Translations under genes and position numbers: made by a program
In this document: piece after piece, positions 1 to 10,926 of the stretch
How the letters are laid out: each line of letters starts with the position of its first letter
Numbering within the stretch: the first letter of the stretch is position 1
Virus record (IMG/VR): IMGVR_UViG_3300032268_000973
Span: 64,001-128,000 of that record
DNA from: a virus
DNA length: 64,000 nucleotides
Direction: 5' to 3' (one strand)
The notes under the pieces: generated by a model
The model's database searches: none
Seen by the model: the letters and a program-made list of their open reading frames with translations, nothing else
Told to the model about the DNA's origin: nothing

Positions 1-1650
1 ACACAAACATTCATAATCGAAAATTCGGAGACATTAAATTACGGACTTTATGCGGTTCCTAATTCGAGTTGTGGAGGTAGCCCGATAGGTAAAATTTTTG
101 TTACAGGCCAAACAGGGTTAGCCCCTTATTCTTATTTGTGGAGTAATGGACAAACAGGTAGCACTATTACAGGTTTGACATCGGGGACTTATTCGGTCGA
201 TGTAACCGATGCTTATGGGTGTGTAGTTACAAAAACAGCCGTTATAACTGATGTAAATCCAGTCGGATTAGGATTATTTACATCAACGGCGCCAACTTGT
301 TTACAGTCCAATGGGGTGATCAATATGACGATTACTGGAGGAACTGAGCCATTTTATTATTCCGCGTCAACAGGAGACGTATTGGTTTCTTATTCAAGAA
401 CATATACTTTATCTAATCTTTCTGCTGGGCAATATAACTTTCAAGTAACAGACGCGGGACTTTGCCAAATGTTTGCTGGAACGACTTTGGAGTCTCCAAG
501 TGGAATCACCTCTGTGTCGGTGGTCGGACAAAATTCAAGTTGTTCAAGTAGTAATGGGTTGATTACAGTGAGTGTTGTGGGTGGAACTGCCCCATACACC
601 TATACTTTGATTTATCCTACAGGAAATCAATTGAATATTAACACATCTCAAACAACACAAATATTTCAAAATTTAAGTGGGGGAACTTATACGGTTGGTG
701 TGTCGGACAATTCAGGATGTTCTTATTTGGAAGAACTTACAATAGTTGCTCAAAATAAATTTTCATTTACGACTCAAGTTGGTGGAACGTCCTGTAACCA
801 AAACAATGGGACTGTAACCATAACTACAACTACGGGGGCTACTTTACCTTTGGATTATTCTGTGGATGGAATACAAAATATTATTGATACAAACCTTACC
901 GCGGTTACATTCAATAATTTGTCGGCAGGAACTCATTCAGTTAGTGTTACTGATGCCGATGGATGTGTAAGAACGGCAAATATTTTAATACCATTTAGTC
1001 AACCACTAACATACTCTTTGGTTAGTACTTCTTGCGGAAGTGGTAATAGTGGTAAAATTACAGCATTTATAACGTCGGGGGAACCTCCATTCACATTCAA
1101 TTGGTCTAATAATGTGCCTAACAACCCACAAACTATTCAAGTTTCAGGGTTGACTGCAGGAACTTATTCACTGACTGTCGTTGATAGTAATGGATGTTCT
1201 TTGACTAGAAATTCAACAATATCTTGTAATTCAAATTATACAACCTATCAAACTTATACCATGGGGGCTGAGGTATTCAATATTGAGTCTCCGACTAAGT
1301 TCGGTCTATTACAAATGTTGAATGAGGGATATGAAGATTTAACCAATTCAAATAACGGATGCGATCTCATAGATGCGACATTTACTGCAAAAGTTTCAGT
1401 GAATCCGAGTGGGGTAGTTGTAAGCCAAAACTTCTTTACTTCAACCTCTTTAATACAAGTTCCAACCGACAATCAATGGTATGACACTTTGAAAAACTTG
1501 TTGTTAAGTATAAGTGGAGTTGGAAATGTGATTATAGATCAATTGAATAATCAAATAACGATTGAAACAAGCCGAAACAATACTTCATTGGAAGGGGAAG
1601 AAATTGTTGTAGAGTTGATAATCGACTATAATATAATTTGTTTATCATGA
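1..1650 (+). CDS. SprB-like repeat protein, probable virion/adhesin (5'-truncated)
   Basis: Frame 1 is open from base 1 (TQTFIIENSE...), so the track start at 136 (TTG) is internal. Repeated units of the type C...G.ITV...GGT.PY.Y.W/L...T...GL.AG.Y.V.VTDA.GC match SprB-type repeats. Confidence 0.75.
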   Translation, partial: TQTFIIENSETLNYGLYAVPNSSCGGSPIGKIFVTGQTGLAPYSYLWSNGQTGSTITGLTSGTYSVDVTDAYGCVVTKTAVITDVNPVGLGLFTSTAPTCLQSNGVINMTITGGTEPFYYSASTGDVLVSYSRTYTLSNLSAGQYNFQVTDAGLCQMFAGTTLESPSGITSVSVVGQNSSCSSSNGLITVSVVGGTAPYTYTLIYPTGNQLNINTSQTTQIFQNLSGGTYTVGVSDNSGCSYLEELTIVAQNKFSFTTQVGGTSCNQNNGTVTITTTTGATLPLDYSVDGIQNIIDTNLTAVTFNNLSAGTHSVSVTDADGCVRTANILIPFSQPLTYSLVSTSCGSGNSGKITAFITSGEPPFTFNWSNNVPNNPQTIQVSGLTAGTYSLTVVDSNGCSLTRNSTISCNSNYTTYQTYTMGAEVFNIESPTKFGLLQMLNEGYEDLTNSNNGCDLIDATFTAKVSVNPSGVVVSQNFFTSTSLIQVPTDNQWYDTLKNLLLSISGVGNVIIDQLNNQITIETSRNNTSLEGEEIVVELIIDYNIICLS

Positions 1651-1976
1651 GTAATCAGGTAGTTGTAACATCGATAACAGGGGGGACTCCACCAATTAGT
1701 GTGTACATATCTGACATATATGGAAACTATGAAACGTTTTTAGGAACAATTAGTGGGGCAGTCCCTCCACAAGTCGAATATAATACGGTTATTCCACCAA
1801 TATTTCAAACTGCGCCTGAAATATTGTTGAAAATGGTTGATGCTAACAATTGCCAAGTATTTAAAGTATTGACTTGTGTATTTGGTGATTTCATCATAAC
1901 TCAAAATGGAATTATAATAATAACTCAAAGTGGTAACAGTTTGGTTTTACAGTCATCAGGAGACGTTCCTCTATAG
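1647..1976 (+). CDS. Small putative virion protein carrying the shared N-terminal 'QV.ITSITG.TP...IK..DANNC' module
   Basis: ATG at 1647 overlaps the upstream TGA (ATGA). The N-terminus aligns by eye with ORFs 57430 and 60999. Confidence 0.65.
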   Translation: MSNQVVVTSITGGTPPISVYISDIYGNYETFLGTISGAVPPQVEYNTVIPPIFQTAPEILLKMVDANNCQVFKVLTCVFGDFIITQNGIIIITQSGNSLVLQSSGDVPL

Positions 1977-2023
1977 AACGAAAAATAAAAAAAATGATAT
2001 AGAGAAAAAAATAAATAGAAAAA

Positions 2024-2031
2024 TATTTATA
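2024..2031 (+). promoter_or_regulatory. Candidate late-promoter motif TATTTATA
   Basis: Ends 4 nt before the fibre ATG. The same motif occurs at 6659, 38870 and 54188, each upstream of a gene start. Confidence 0.4.
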
Positions 2032-2035
2032 AGTT

Positions 2036-5000
2036 ATGTCAAACACTCGAATAACTGATTTACCCATAGTCTCCGCTGCAACCCCAAACGACAGACTATA
2101 CATTGTTACTGGCTTTACTGGAGGAACCTCAGGTACTTCAGGTCAGATTGCTTTTTCATCATTCACTGCTAGTATTTCAGGTGGAACTAGCGGTACAAGT
2201 GGGTCATCAGGATCGAGTGGAACTTCTGGAACTAGTGGATCATCAGGATCTAGTGGAACTTCTGGATTAGAGGGTAATTTGGCTATATGGAGATTTACGG
2301 GAAATACCGATACTACAAGTAATCCAGGATCTTCATATTTTTCATTGAATACAGGTGATGACTTTTCATTGACAACAACTTCAATTGCAGTCAATGATAC
2401 TGCTTACGCGCCATCGGCATCTTTCCAAACTATATTAAATTCACTTACAGTTGATACAATTATTAAACTTGTAAGAGTTGATGATCCATCATATTTCAAA
2501 GTTCTTAAAATTACCGCAATAATTCCACCTCAACCAGGATTTGAAGATTATACTGTTCAACAAATTGCGGGTGGTGGTTCATTGTCAGTTCCGAATAATA
2601 CACAATTTGCGTTCACTATTGCAGGACAGCCAGGAACCTCAGGATCTGCTGGAACGGCAGGAACCTCAGGAACCTCAGGAACATCAGGTACTTCAGGATC
2701 TAGTGGAACTTCTGGAACAAGTGGTAGTTCGGGTACATCAGGAACAAGTGGTAGTTCGGGAACAAATGGGACCTCGGGAACAAATGGAACTTCGGGAACA
2801 TCTGGAACCTCAGGATCTAGTGGAACTTCGGGGACATCAGGAACTAGTGGAACATCAGGAAGTAGTGGAACCTCAGGAACTGATGGGACCTCAGGAACAA
2901 ATGGAACCTCAGGAACAAATGGAACCTCAGGAACAAGTGGAACTTCAGGTACATCAGGAACAAGTGGAACGTCTGGTACTTCAGGGACATCAGGGACATC
3001 TGGAACAAGTGGAACTGATGGGACTTCTGGTACTAATGGAACTTCAGGGACATCTGGAACAAGTGGAACATCAGGAACAAGTGGTACTTCAGGTACATCA
3101 GGAAGTAGCGGAACATCGGGTACTTCAGGTACATCAGGGACTAGCGGTACTAATGGAACTTCAGGTACATCAGGAACAAGTGGGACTTCAGGTACATCAG
3201 GAACTTCAGGGACATCAGGAAGTAGTGGAACATCGGGCACTTCAGGAACATCAGGAACTTCGGGTACTAATGGAACATCGGGTACTTCAGGTACAAGTGG
3301 AACTTCGGGTACAAGTGGAACAAGTGGATCATCAGGTCTTAGTGGAGTAAATGGAACTTCTGGAACAAGTGCGACTTCAGGAACAAGTGGTACTTCAGGT
3401 ACATCAGGAACGTCAGGAACAAGTGGAACCTCAGGTACATCAGGAACGTCAGGAACTAGTGGAACTGATGGGACTTCAGGTACCAATGGAACTTCAGGTA
3501 CTTCAGGTACATCAGGAACAAGTGGTAGTTCAGGAACTTCGGGGACAAGTGGAACTTCGGGGACAAGTGGAACATCAGGATCAAGTGGTACGTCAGGAAC
3601 AAGCGGTTCTTCAGGAACTGATGGAACTTCAGGAACAAGTGGTTCTTCAGGAACGAGTGGAACCTCGGGCACCTCAGGAACTTCAGGAACATCAGGAAGT
3701 AGTGGAACATCAGGTACTAGTGGTACATCAGGAACTAGTGGTACTGATGGGACTTCAGGTACATCGGGTACTTCAGGGACAAGTGGCACCTCAGGAACTT
3801 CAGGAACATCAGGAAGTAGTGGAACATCAGGAACTAGTGGTACCTCAGGAACTAGTGGCACTAATGGGACTTCAGGTACATCAGGTACTTCAGGGACAAG
3901 TGGCACTTCGGGAACTTCGGGTACATCAGGAAGTAGTGGAACATCAGGAACTAGTGGTACTTCGGGAACTAGCGGTACTAATGGAACTTCAGGGACATCA
4001 GGAACTAGCGGGACCTCGGGAACTTCTGGTACAAGTGGATCAAGTGGAACATCAGGAACTAGTGGTACTTCGGGAACTAGCGGTACTAATGGAACTTCGG
4101 GGACTAGCGGTACATCTGGAACCTCAGGTACTAGCGGGACCTCGGGAACTTCTGGTACAAGTGGATCAAGCGGGACTTCAGGAACAAGTGGTACTTCAGG
4201 AACTAGTGGTAGTTCGGGAACTAGTGGAACATCAGGTACTAGTGGAACATCAGGTGTAAACGGAGTTTCAGGAGGAGCGATATATTATTTTAATGAGTCA
4301 CTAACTTCAGGGCCATATAAGGAGTTTTCGATCATTCCAACGAATACAGGAGAACAAACTATAACAACGGCATCAATTGTATCTGGTGGAACGGATACAA
4401 TTCAGTCATTTTTGACGGATACAGGTAAACCAGGGGTTACTGCAATTCCTGCTGGAATATGGCAATTCTTTTTACATAGTTATAAATCAAGTGCTAGTGT
4501 CTCCTTTGATATATTCTGTGAGGTATATAAAAGAACAACTGGAGGTACCGAAACGTTTTTATTCGCATCAGACCCAACACCAATACTATCGGATTCACCG
4601 ACGTTTATAATGGAAATTTCTGATGCATATCAAAGTGGATATACAATTACAATTTCAGACCAAATTCTTGTTAAAGTACGTGCTACAAACACAGGAAGTG
4701 TAACAGGTACAGTCACGTTAGCAACTGAAGGATCGACACATTACTCTTACGCACAGACTACGTTGGGTATTGTAAATGGTACATCTGGATCTTCAGGATC
4801 AAGTGGAACTGATGGTACTTCAGGTACTAGTGGAACATCAGGGACAAGTGGGACCTCAGGAACTTCTGGAACAAGTGGTAGCTCTGGAACAAGTGGAACT
4901 TCAGGTACTAGTGGTACTAATGGAACATCAGGGACAAGTGGAACCTCAGGAACTAGTGGAACATCAGGAACTTCTGGAACAAGCGGTAGTTCGGGAACAA

Positions 5001-6610
5001 GTGGTAGTTCGGGAACAAGTGGTACTTCAGGAACTAATGGAACTTCAGGGACTAATGGAACTTCAGGGACTAGTGGAACCTCAGGGACAAGTGGAACTTC
5101 AGGAACCTCAGGGACAAGTGGAACATCAGGAACTTCAGGGTCATCAGGATCAAGTGGAACATCAGGAACTAATGGAACTTCTGGTACTAATGGGACTTCT
5201 GGAACTGATGGAACTTCTGGAACTAGTGGAACTAGTGGAACATCAGGTACAAGTGGTACCTCAGGATCTAGTGGAACATCAGGTACAAGTGGAAGTTCAG
5301 GAACTAATGGGACTTCAGGAACTGATGGGACATCAGGAACTTCTGGAACAAGTGGTACATCGGGTTCTTCAGGGACATCTGGAACAAGTGGAACTTCAGG
5401 AACTTCTGGATCAAGTGGTACTAATGGAACATCAGGAACCTCTGGTACGAATGGAACTTCAGGTACTAGTGGAACGAGTGGGACTAATGGAACTTCGGGA
5501 ACATCTGGAACAAGCGGTAGCTCGGGAACAAGCGGAACATCTGGATCAAGTGGAACTAATGGAACATCTGGTTCTTCGGGAACAAATGGAACTTCAGGAA
5601 CAAATGGAACTTCAGGGACATCAGGTTCTTCAGGTACATCAGGTTCTAGTGGAACATCAGGATCAAGCGGATCTTCAGGTACGTCAGGATCAAGCGGATC
5701 TTCAGGTACGTCAGGATCTTCAGGAACTAATGGTACATCAGGAACTAATGGTACATCAGGAACTAATGGTACATCAGGAACTAATGGTACATCAGGATCT
5801 AGTGGAACGTCTGGAACAAATGGTACATCAGGAACTAATGGTACTTCAGGATCTAGTGGATCTTCAGGAACTAATGGAACGTCAGGAACAAACGGAACTT
5901 CAGGAACAAACGGAACGTCAGGAACTAATGGAACGTCAGGAACAAACGGAACTTCAGGATCAAGTGGATCTTCAGGTACATCGGGTACAAACGGTACTTC
6001 AGGTACAAACGGTACTTCAGGAATAAATGGAACATCTGGATCAAGTGGAACAAATGGTACATCAGGTTCAAGCGGTTCTTCAGGTTTGGGAACTATTAAC
6101 TCTAATGTTGACAATTATGTTCTAACCGCAACAGGTAGTGCAGGTACTATTCAAGGGGAAGCTAACTTTACTTTCAATGGTACAACTGCAAGAATAGGAA
6201 TTGGTTCCGCTGGAGCTTTAGGAGTTGGAACAGCCGCTGCGACTCCAACCACAGATGGATTGATAAGAGCGACAAATGATGTGATTGCATATTTTAGTTC
6301 TGACAAGAGATTAAAGACGAATGTAGTTCCTCTCTCAAATCCTTTAGAAAAAGTGAACAAGATTGGTGGATATGAATTTGATTGGATTGTTAAAGAAGGT
6401 ATACATGAAAACGAAGGACACGATATTGGAGTAATCGCTCAAGAAGTTGAATCAGTTTTGCCCGAAGTTGTTACAACTAGAAATAATGGATTCAAAGCGG
6501 TTAAATATGAAAAACTAGTTGCTCTTCTAATTGAATGTGTTAAAGAACAAAATAAAGAAATAGATTCACTTAAAAAACATATTGGTTACCCATCGTCCGA
6601 TACCGAATAA
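2036..6610 (+). CDS. Tail fibre/spike-like protein with Gly-Thr-Ser triplet repeats and C-terminal intramolecular chaperone (peptidase S74)
   Basis: 1524 aa with three G-X-Y blocks and an internal globular insert (about aa 746-914). C-terminal SSDKRLK...GYEFDW...[17 protein letters not shown]...[13 protein letters not shown] is the S74 chaperone, with Ser1422/Lys1427 at the endosialidase-type dyad spacing. Confidence 0.85.
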   Translation: MSNTRITDLPIVSAATPNDRLYIVTGFTGGTSGTSGQIAFSSFTASISGGTSGTSGSSGSSGTSGTSGSSGSSGTSGLEGNLAIWRFTGNTDTTSNPGSSYFSLNTGDDFSLTTTSIAVNDTAYAPSASFQTILNSLTVDTIIKLVRVDDPSYFKVLKITAIIPPQPGFEDYTVQQIAGGGSLSVPNNTQFAFTIAGQPGTSGSAGTAGTSGTSGTSGTSGSSGTSGTSGSSGTSGTSGSSGTNGTSGTNGTSGTSGTSGSSGTSGTSGTSGTSGSSGTSGTDGTSGTNGTSGTNGTSGTSGTSGTSGTSGTSGTSGTSGTSGTSGTDGTSGTNGTSGTSGTSGTSGTSGTSGTSGSSGTSGTSGTSGTSGTNGTSGTSGTSGTSGTSGTSGTSGSSGTSGTSGTSGTSGTNGTSGTSGTSGTSGTSGTSGSSGLSGVNGTSGTSATSGTSGTSGTSGTSGTSGTSGTSGTSGTSGTDGTSGTNGTSGTSGTSGTSGSSGTSGTSGTSGTSGTSGSSGTSGTSGSSGTDGTSGTSGSSGTSGTSGTSGTSGTSGSSGTSGTSGTSGTSGTDGTSGTSGTSGTSGTSGTSGTSGSSGTSGTSGTSGTSGTNGTSGTSGTSGTSGTSGTSGTSGSSGTSGTSGTSGTSGTNGTSGTSGTSGTSGTSGTSGSSGTSGTSGTSGTSGTNGTSGTSGTSGTSGTSGTSGTSGTSGSSGTSGTSGTSGTSGSSGTSGTSGTSGTSGVNGVSGGAIYYFNESLTSGPYKEFSIIPTNTGEQTITTASIVSGGTDTIQSFLTDTGKPGVTAIPAGIWQFFLHSYKSSASVSFDIFCEVYKRTTGGTETFLFASDPTPILSDSPTFIMEISDAYQSGYTITISDQILVKVRATNTGSVTGTVTLATEGSTHYSYAQTTLGIVNGTSGSSGSSGTDGTSGTSGTSGTSGTSGTSGTSGSSGTSGTSGTSGTNGTSGTSGTSGTSGTSGTSGTSGSSGTSGSSGTSGTSGTNGTSGTNGTSGTSGTSGTSGTSGTSGTSGTSGTSGSSGSSGTSGTNGTSGTNGTSGTDGTSGTSGTSGTSGTSGTSGSSGTSGTSGSSGTNGTSGTDGTSGTSGTSGTSGSSGTSGTSGTSGTSGSSGTNGTSGTSGTNGTSGTSGTSGTNGTSGTSGTSGSSGTSGTSGSSGTNGTSGSSGTNGTSGTNGTSGTSGSSGTSGSSGTSGSSGSSGTSGSSGSSGTSGSSGTNGTSGTNGTSGTNGTSGTNGTSGSSGTSGTNGTSGTNGTSGSSGSSGTNGTSGTNGTSGTNGTSGTNGTSGTNGTSGSSGSSGTSGTNGTSGTNGTSGINGTSGSSGTNGTSGSSGSSGLGTINSNVDNYVLTATGSAGTIQGEANFTFNGTTARIGIGSAGALGVGTAAATPTTDGLIRATNDVIAYFSSDKRLKTNVVPLSNPLEKVNKIGGYEFDWIVKEGIHENEGHDIGVIAQEVESVLPEVVTTRNNGFKAVKYEKLVALLIECVKEQNKEIDSLKKHIGYPSSDTE
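2183..2263 (+). repeat. G-X-Y repeat block 1 (9 triplets)
   Basis: [27 protein letters not shown]; 81 nt. Confidence 0.9.
2633..4270 (+). repeat. G-X-Y repeat block 2 (182 triplets, [12 protein letters not shown])
   Basis: 1638 nt = 182 x 9 nt. Register is kept throughout, with one Ala replacing Gly (GTS-ATS-GTS). Synonymous codons are heavily diversified. Confidence 0.95.
4778..6082 (+). repeat. G-X-Y repeat block 3 (145 triplets)
   Basis: 1305 nt = 145 x 9 nt. GTN becomes frequent toward the C-terminus. A perfect 18-nt unit ggaactaatggtacatca occurs x4 at about 5723-5794. Confidence 0.95.
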
Positions 6611-6658
6611 AATATAGGATATATTATTATTAGTTTATTTTGTAATACTATTACATAA

Positions 6659-6666
6659 TATTTATA
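6659..6666 (+). promoter_or_regulatory. Candidate late-promoter motif TATTTATA
   Basis: In the intergenic gap, 35 nt upstream of ORF 6702. Confidence 0.4.
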
Positions 6667-6701
6667 AAGTTAGGAATAAAATTAAAATCTAAAATAAAGA
6701 A

Positions 6702-6944
6702 ATGGGTGTATTACCAGCTACAGGGTCTCAAATTTCGATGGGAAGCACATGGAGGGCTATGACAAATATTAACCCTGTAGCTGGTTTGAACTTGGGTCTT
6801 AATGCCACTTTAGGATTTAACAGACAACCACCACAAGTAAATGGTACCGTTGCGCAACAAACTAGAATCAATAATGGTGTTATAACAACATTCTCGGTAG
6901 ATTTCGGAGGGTTAACTACTCCTCACAATTATACCTTCCCTTAA
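6702..6944 (+). CDS. Small fibre-associated protein
   Basis: 80 aa directly after the fibre gene. The N-terminal LPATGSQISM and late FSVDFGG resemble small proteins that follow S74-type fibres. Confidence 0.55.
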   Translation: MGVLPATGSQISMGSTWRAMTNINPVAGLNLGLNATLGFNRQPPQVNGTVAQQTRINNGVITTFSVDFGGLTTPHNYTFP

Positions 6945-7024
6945 TCAAGTTTGATTATGATCATATTAGTGATATGTCTTTGACAATTCAAATTTTTTTA
7001 TTATTTTTTTGAAAAATCAAAGAT

Positions 7025-7471
7025 ATGCAATTTCAACATAAAAACTTCCCATCAGAATACAAACTCAAAAATGTAATTTGGGTTGGTATTGATTACAATA
7101 AGAAAAAACTAATCAAATTTTTTAAAAAATATAATTATTACAAATCTCTACCTCAAAACGAAGAATCAGATGAAATGATTCGTATCATGGATGAAATAAT
7201 TTCATTCCACGGATTAGAAAATTTGAATAGTCTATTGAATAATGATCCTGAATACAGTCGTTGGTCGACCATAGAAATGATATCGAAAAAGGCTTCATTA
7301 GAATTGATGATTGATGGTAGATATTCCAAAAAAACATTTTTTAAAATGTCTCACTTACCTATTGTTGATTTCAAGTTGACATTGAAACGAATTCAAGAAC
7401 TTGTGAGGAACATAGATAAACTTGTTAAAGATACCGATTTAGGTAATACCAACATCCCAGGTGTTAAGTGA
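7025..7471 (+). CDS. Hypothetical protein
   Basis: 148-aa ORF; its stop overlaps the next start (GTGA). Confidence 0.6.
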   Translation: MQFQHKNFPSEYKLKNVIWVGIDYNKKKLIKFFKKYNYYKSLPQNEESDEMIRIMDEIISFHGLENLNSLLNNDPEYSRWSTIEMISKKASLELMIDGRYSKKTFFKMSHLPIVDFKLTLKRIQELVRNIDKLVKDTDLGNTNIPGVK

Positions 7472-8160
7472 GCATTTACAAAAATACTTCGTGGAGTCAT
7501 AATGTGACTTCTGTATCTATATTAGTACCAACTAAAGATACAGTATATTCCCATTTTTCATACTCTCTTAGTAATTTAGTAAAAGTATCTACCCAAATGG
7601 GAATTGATACTCATCTTTTTTTCGATTCTTCAACCATATTGATCAACCAAAGAGAAAAGTTGATTGAAAATGCTATGGAGATTGAATCGGATTGGTGCCT
7701 ATGGTTGGATAGTGATATGATGTTTCCACCAACAACGCTTTTGAGGTTACTATCACACAATCAAGATATTGTCGCTTGTAACTATATGAAACGTTCTTTT
7801 CCATCCAAGTCAGTTGCCTTTACTGATACAAAAGATTGGGACAGCTGGGTTCCTTTGGATTATTTCGATGAATTGGTTACAGTTGAGGCTATTGGTATGG
7901 GGTGTGTTTTGATGAAGACAAACATATTTCGGAATCTACAAAAACCTTATTTTGAGTATACCTATCATTCTGAAACCAAAGATTGGATTGGAGAAGATTT
8001 CACATTATTTAAAAAATTGAATAACTTAGGATATCAAGTTAAGGTTGATATGAATCTGAGTAATGAAATTTACCATATAGGTACTTTTGCCTATGGAGAA
8101 AATTTGCCAGCAAATACTGAAAAAAGAAAAGGTTGGACTTCAAAAAAAAGTAAAAAATGA
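7468..8160 (+). CDS. GT-A fold glycosyltransferase (GT2-like)
   Basis: VSILVPT, WLDSD (DxD), IGMGCVLM and GEDF motifs. Confidence 0.8.
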   Translation: MSIYKNTSWSHNVTSVSILVPTKDTVYSHFSYSLSNLVKVSTQMGIDTHLFFDSSTILINQREKLIENAMEIESDWCLWLDSDMMFPPTTLLRLLSHNQDIVACNYMKRSFPSKSVAFTDTKDWDSWVPLDYFDELVTVEAIGMGCVLMKTNIFRNLQKPYFEYTYHSETKDWIGEDFTLFKKLNNLGYQVKVDMNLSNEIYHIGTFAYGENLPANTEKRKGWTSKKSKK

Positions 8161-8882
8161 TAACAAATCAGAATTTTATCGAAAAATATATTACTTCTGA
8201 TGACGGAGTCAAAATTCCTTATTTGTGGACACACGGTGCTACTTCATATCATATGGGGGATGGGATGATTATATATTCGTTGATTCAACACATGAGAGCA
8301 AAAGTGTGTGTTTGTATAGGATCGGGAGGAGGTTTTATCCCGAGAATAATGACGCAAGCTAGATTCGATTTATATCAACAAAAGATTTTTGAGGGTAACC
8401 CTGATTATAATTGGGGAGACATTGGGGTAACTTATTTGGTTGATGCTTGTAATGGAGTTGGGGGTCCAACAAACGTAGAAGATCAAAACTCTTTTTTTAA
8501 TTCATTTTTTTTCCCTCGATTGATAAAAGAAACTTCTGAAGACGCTTACTACAATTTTTTTGTTTTACAAGACATTAAAATTGATTTTTTATTTATTGAT
8601 GGGGATCATTCGTATGATGGTGTGAAAAAAGATTTTGATTTGTATTCAAAATTATTATCTGATTCTGGTGTTATTGTTTTACACGATACTGACTCGAATT
8701 ATGAAAAATCCTTGGTTGTTTCTGAAGATTCAAAACAAAATCATTTTCCTTTTGATGGACCTAGTAAACTTGTTTCTGAACTACAGACTGATTCAAATTG
8801 GGATTTGATTAAGTTACATAATTTTGGTATATTGAAAGATAAACCATCTTCGAGTGGTATTACAATAATCAAAAGAAAATAA
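8157..8882 (+). CDS. Class I SAM-dependent methyltransferase (Methyltransf_24-like)
   Basis: CIGSGGG, LFIDGDHSYDGVKKDF and IVLHD motifs. Confidence 0.8.
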   Translation: MITNQNFIEKYITSDDGVKIPYLWTHGATSYHMGDGMIIYSLIQHMRAKVCVCIGSGGGFIPRIMTQARFDLYQQKIFEGNPDYNWGDIGVTYLVDACNGVGGPTNVEDQNSFFNSFFFPRLIKETSEDAYYNFFVLQDIKIDFLFIDGDHSYDGVKKDFDLYSKLLSDSGVIVLHDTDSNYEKSLVVSEDSKQNHFPFDGPSKLVSELQTDSNWDLIKLHNFGILKDKPSSSGITIIKRK

Positions 8883-9869
8883 ATGAGAGTATTGATAACT
8901 GGAGTAGCTGGCTTCTTAGGTTCTAGGTTAGCTGATTGGATTATTGAACATATTCCAAACGTTGAAGTTATTGGTATTGATAATCTTTCAGGTGGATATA
9001 AAGAAAATCTCCACGATCTTGTAGAGTTTTTTCCTGTTGACATCTTAGATGACAAAATCTCTGAAATTTTTTCAACTTATAGACCTGACTATGTTTTTCA
9101 TTTTGCGGCATTTGCTGCCGAAGGATTATCTCCATTTGTAAGGTCATACAATTATAGAAATAATTTAGAAGCCACTTCCAAGATTGTTACCGAGTGTATT
9201 AAAAATGATGTTACGAGACTGATTTTTTCATCGACCATGGGGGTATACGGGGACAATCCCACACCATTCTATGAAAGTGATCAACCCAATCCAATTGATC
9301 CATATGGAATTGCAAAATACGCATGTGAACTTGATATTAAGGTTGCGGGAGAACATCATGGATTGGATTGGTGTATTATAAGACCTCACAATGTTTACGG
9401 GGTTAAACAAAACATTTGGGACCGATATAGAAATGTTTTGGGTATTTGGATGTACCAACATGTAAATGGGTTACCTATGACAATATATGGGGATGGAGAA
9501 CAAACAAGGGCATTTAGTTATATTGATGATTGTTTAGAACCTCTGTGGAAATCATCCCAAGAAAGTATTTGTTCCAAACAAATAATAAATTTAGGAGGAA
9601 CAAAACATTACTCAATGAATGAGGCTAACGAAATTATTAGAGAAGTAATGGGGGGAGGAACATTAAGTTACAAAGAAAAAAGATATGAAGTAAAGAATGC
9701 ATACTCATCCTATCAAAAGTCTATTGATTTGTTGGGGTATAATGATAAAACTTCTTTAATTGATGGATTAACAACTATGTGGAATTGGGTGAAAACTCAA
9801 CCAAATAGGGTTAGTAAAGGGTTTGACCAATATGAATTGGATAAAGGGTTATATAGTTTTTGGAAATAA
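8883..9869 (+). CDS. NAD-dependent NDP-sugar epimerase/dehydratase (extended SDR)
   Basis: GVAGFLG Rossmann motif, YGIAK catalytic YxxxK, RPHNVYG and GDGEQTRAFSY. Confidence 0.9.
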   Translation: MRVLITGVAGFLGSRLADWIIEHIPNVEVIGIDNLSGGYKENLHDLVEFFPVDILDDKISEIFSTYRPDYVFHFAAFAAEGLSPFVRSYNYRNNLEATSKIVTECIKNDVTRLIFSSTMGVYGDNPTPFYESDQPNPIDPYGIAKYACELDIKVAGEHHGLDWCIIRPHNVYGVKQNIWDRYRNVLGIWMYQHVNGLPMTIYGDGEQTRAFSYIDDCLEPLWKSSQESICSKQIINLGGTKHYSMNEANEIIREVMGGGTLSYKEKRYEVKNAYSSYQKSIDLLGYNDKTSLIDGLTTMWNWVKTQPNRVSKGFDQYELDKGLYSFWK

Positions 9870-10726
9870 TGATAAGATTAGTTACGGTAATTGGACACGG
9901 GGTAAATTTGTTACCTCATTTTATTAACCACTATAAGTCATACGTGGATGAAATAAATATAGTGTGTTATAACTCTGATTTACATCCCAATATTACTGAT
10001 CAAGTTAGTAAAGTTATTTCTGAGTTTGATAATGTGAAAATAGTTAAGGACATTTTTCATCACAACTTTGACTGGGAAATGGTCACCAAAATGTATAACT
10101 TGGTTAAGTTGACTTATCCCAATGATTGGTGGGTTGTATCGGATATAGATGAGTTTCATCTATATCCAAATGACGATCTCAAAAAATTGATTTCGGATTG
10201 TGAAAAAAATGGATGGGATATGGCTCGTGGAGGATTTATAGATAGAATCGGTGAAAATGGTAATTTCCCTACTATAAGGAAAGATATGAGTTTGTGGTCA
10301 CAAATGCCTGTGATGGGGTTTTTTAGATATCCAATGAGTCAAGCTTGCCCAAATAAAGTTTGTGTTATGAAAGGTCATGTTACTTTGACAAATGGTCAAC
10401 ATTACGCAAACATAGATGGACATACAACGTGGAGATGGCAAGGATGGAATAATCCACTTATAGCTTCAATTGAGACACATTCTGTTCAAGTTCATCACTT
10501 TAAATGGGATAGAACATCAATCGAAAGGGTTAAAAAAGTTGCGGACACTAATAAAGAATACTCATATTCAAGTGAATATCTTAAAATGTATGAGGAGTTG
10601 AAAAAATCTGATTTTTTGATAAATTTAGATAACCCTGAGTATATGATTGAGAGTGATGGTTATATCGGGAAATATGAAAAATATACACAATGGAATAAAC
10701 TAATAAGAAAAATTATATCAATATGA
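9869..10726 (+). CDS. GT-A glycosyltransferase (Glyco_tranf_2_4-like)
   Basis: Start reassigned to the ATG at 9869 (TAATG overlap). LLPHFINHY...WWVVSDIDEF motif. Confidence 0.7.
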   Translation: MIRLVTVIGHGVNLLPHFINHYKSYVDEINIVCYNSDLHPNITDQVSKVISEFDNVKIVKDIFHHNFDWEMVTKMYNLVKLTYPNDWWVVSDIDEFHLYPNDDLKKLISDCEKNGWDMARGGFIDRIGENGNFPTIRKDMSLWSQMPVMGFFRYPMSQACPNKVCVMKGHVTLTNGQHYANIDGHTTWRWQGWNNPLIASIETHSVQVHHFKWDRTSIERVKKVADTNKEYSYSSEYLKMYEELKKSDFLINLDNPEYMIESDGYIGKYEKYTQWNKLIRKIISI

Positions 10727-10926
10727 CACAAGAAGAAAGAGAAGAAGAACTACACAAGTTAGAATTACGAAAGGTAAAGGCTTTGGAAAAAATTGGAAAT
10801 TCATTAGACTCATTAACAATTTGGTTTGAAGAAATTGATAAACAAGAATGGAGCGATAGGGTTCAGTTTTACTTGGCGGAGTGGCATAGAATTGCTAAAC
10901 TAAAAGACCCAACAGTGGATGGATAG
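10723..10926 (+). CDS. Hypothetical 67-aa protein
   Basis: ATGA overlap upstream and an 8-nt overlap downstream; helical, charged sequence. Confidence 0.6.
   Translation: MTQEEREEELHKLELRKVKALEKIGNSLDSLTIWFEEIDKQEWSDRVQFYLAEWHRIAKLKDPTVDG

Noticed and set aside
2541-6026. Alternative-frame plus-strand ORFs with QELVEL repeats (2541-3350, 3351-4259, 4776-6026)
   Set aside because: Shifted-frame shadows confined to the repeat blocks, with no independent start context or slippery site seen.
2143-6114. Long antisense ORFs (2143-2394, 2557-3906, 4747-6114) encoding PEVP/PLVP repeats
   Set aside because: They are reverse-strand shadows of the GTS codons; the repeat simply lacks stops in that frame.
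6980-7007. Sigma70-like promoters (TTGACA at 6980; TTGACT and TTGACC on the minus strand before 36460 and 53881)
   Set aside because: Spacing to a -10-like element is inconsistent among the three, so they are not supportable without TSS data.
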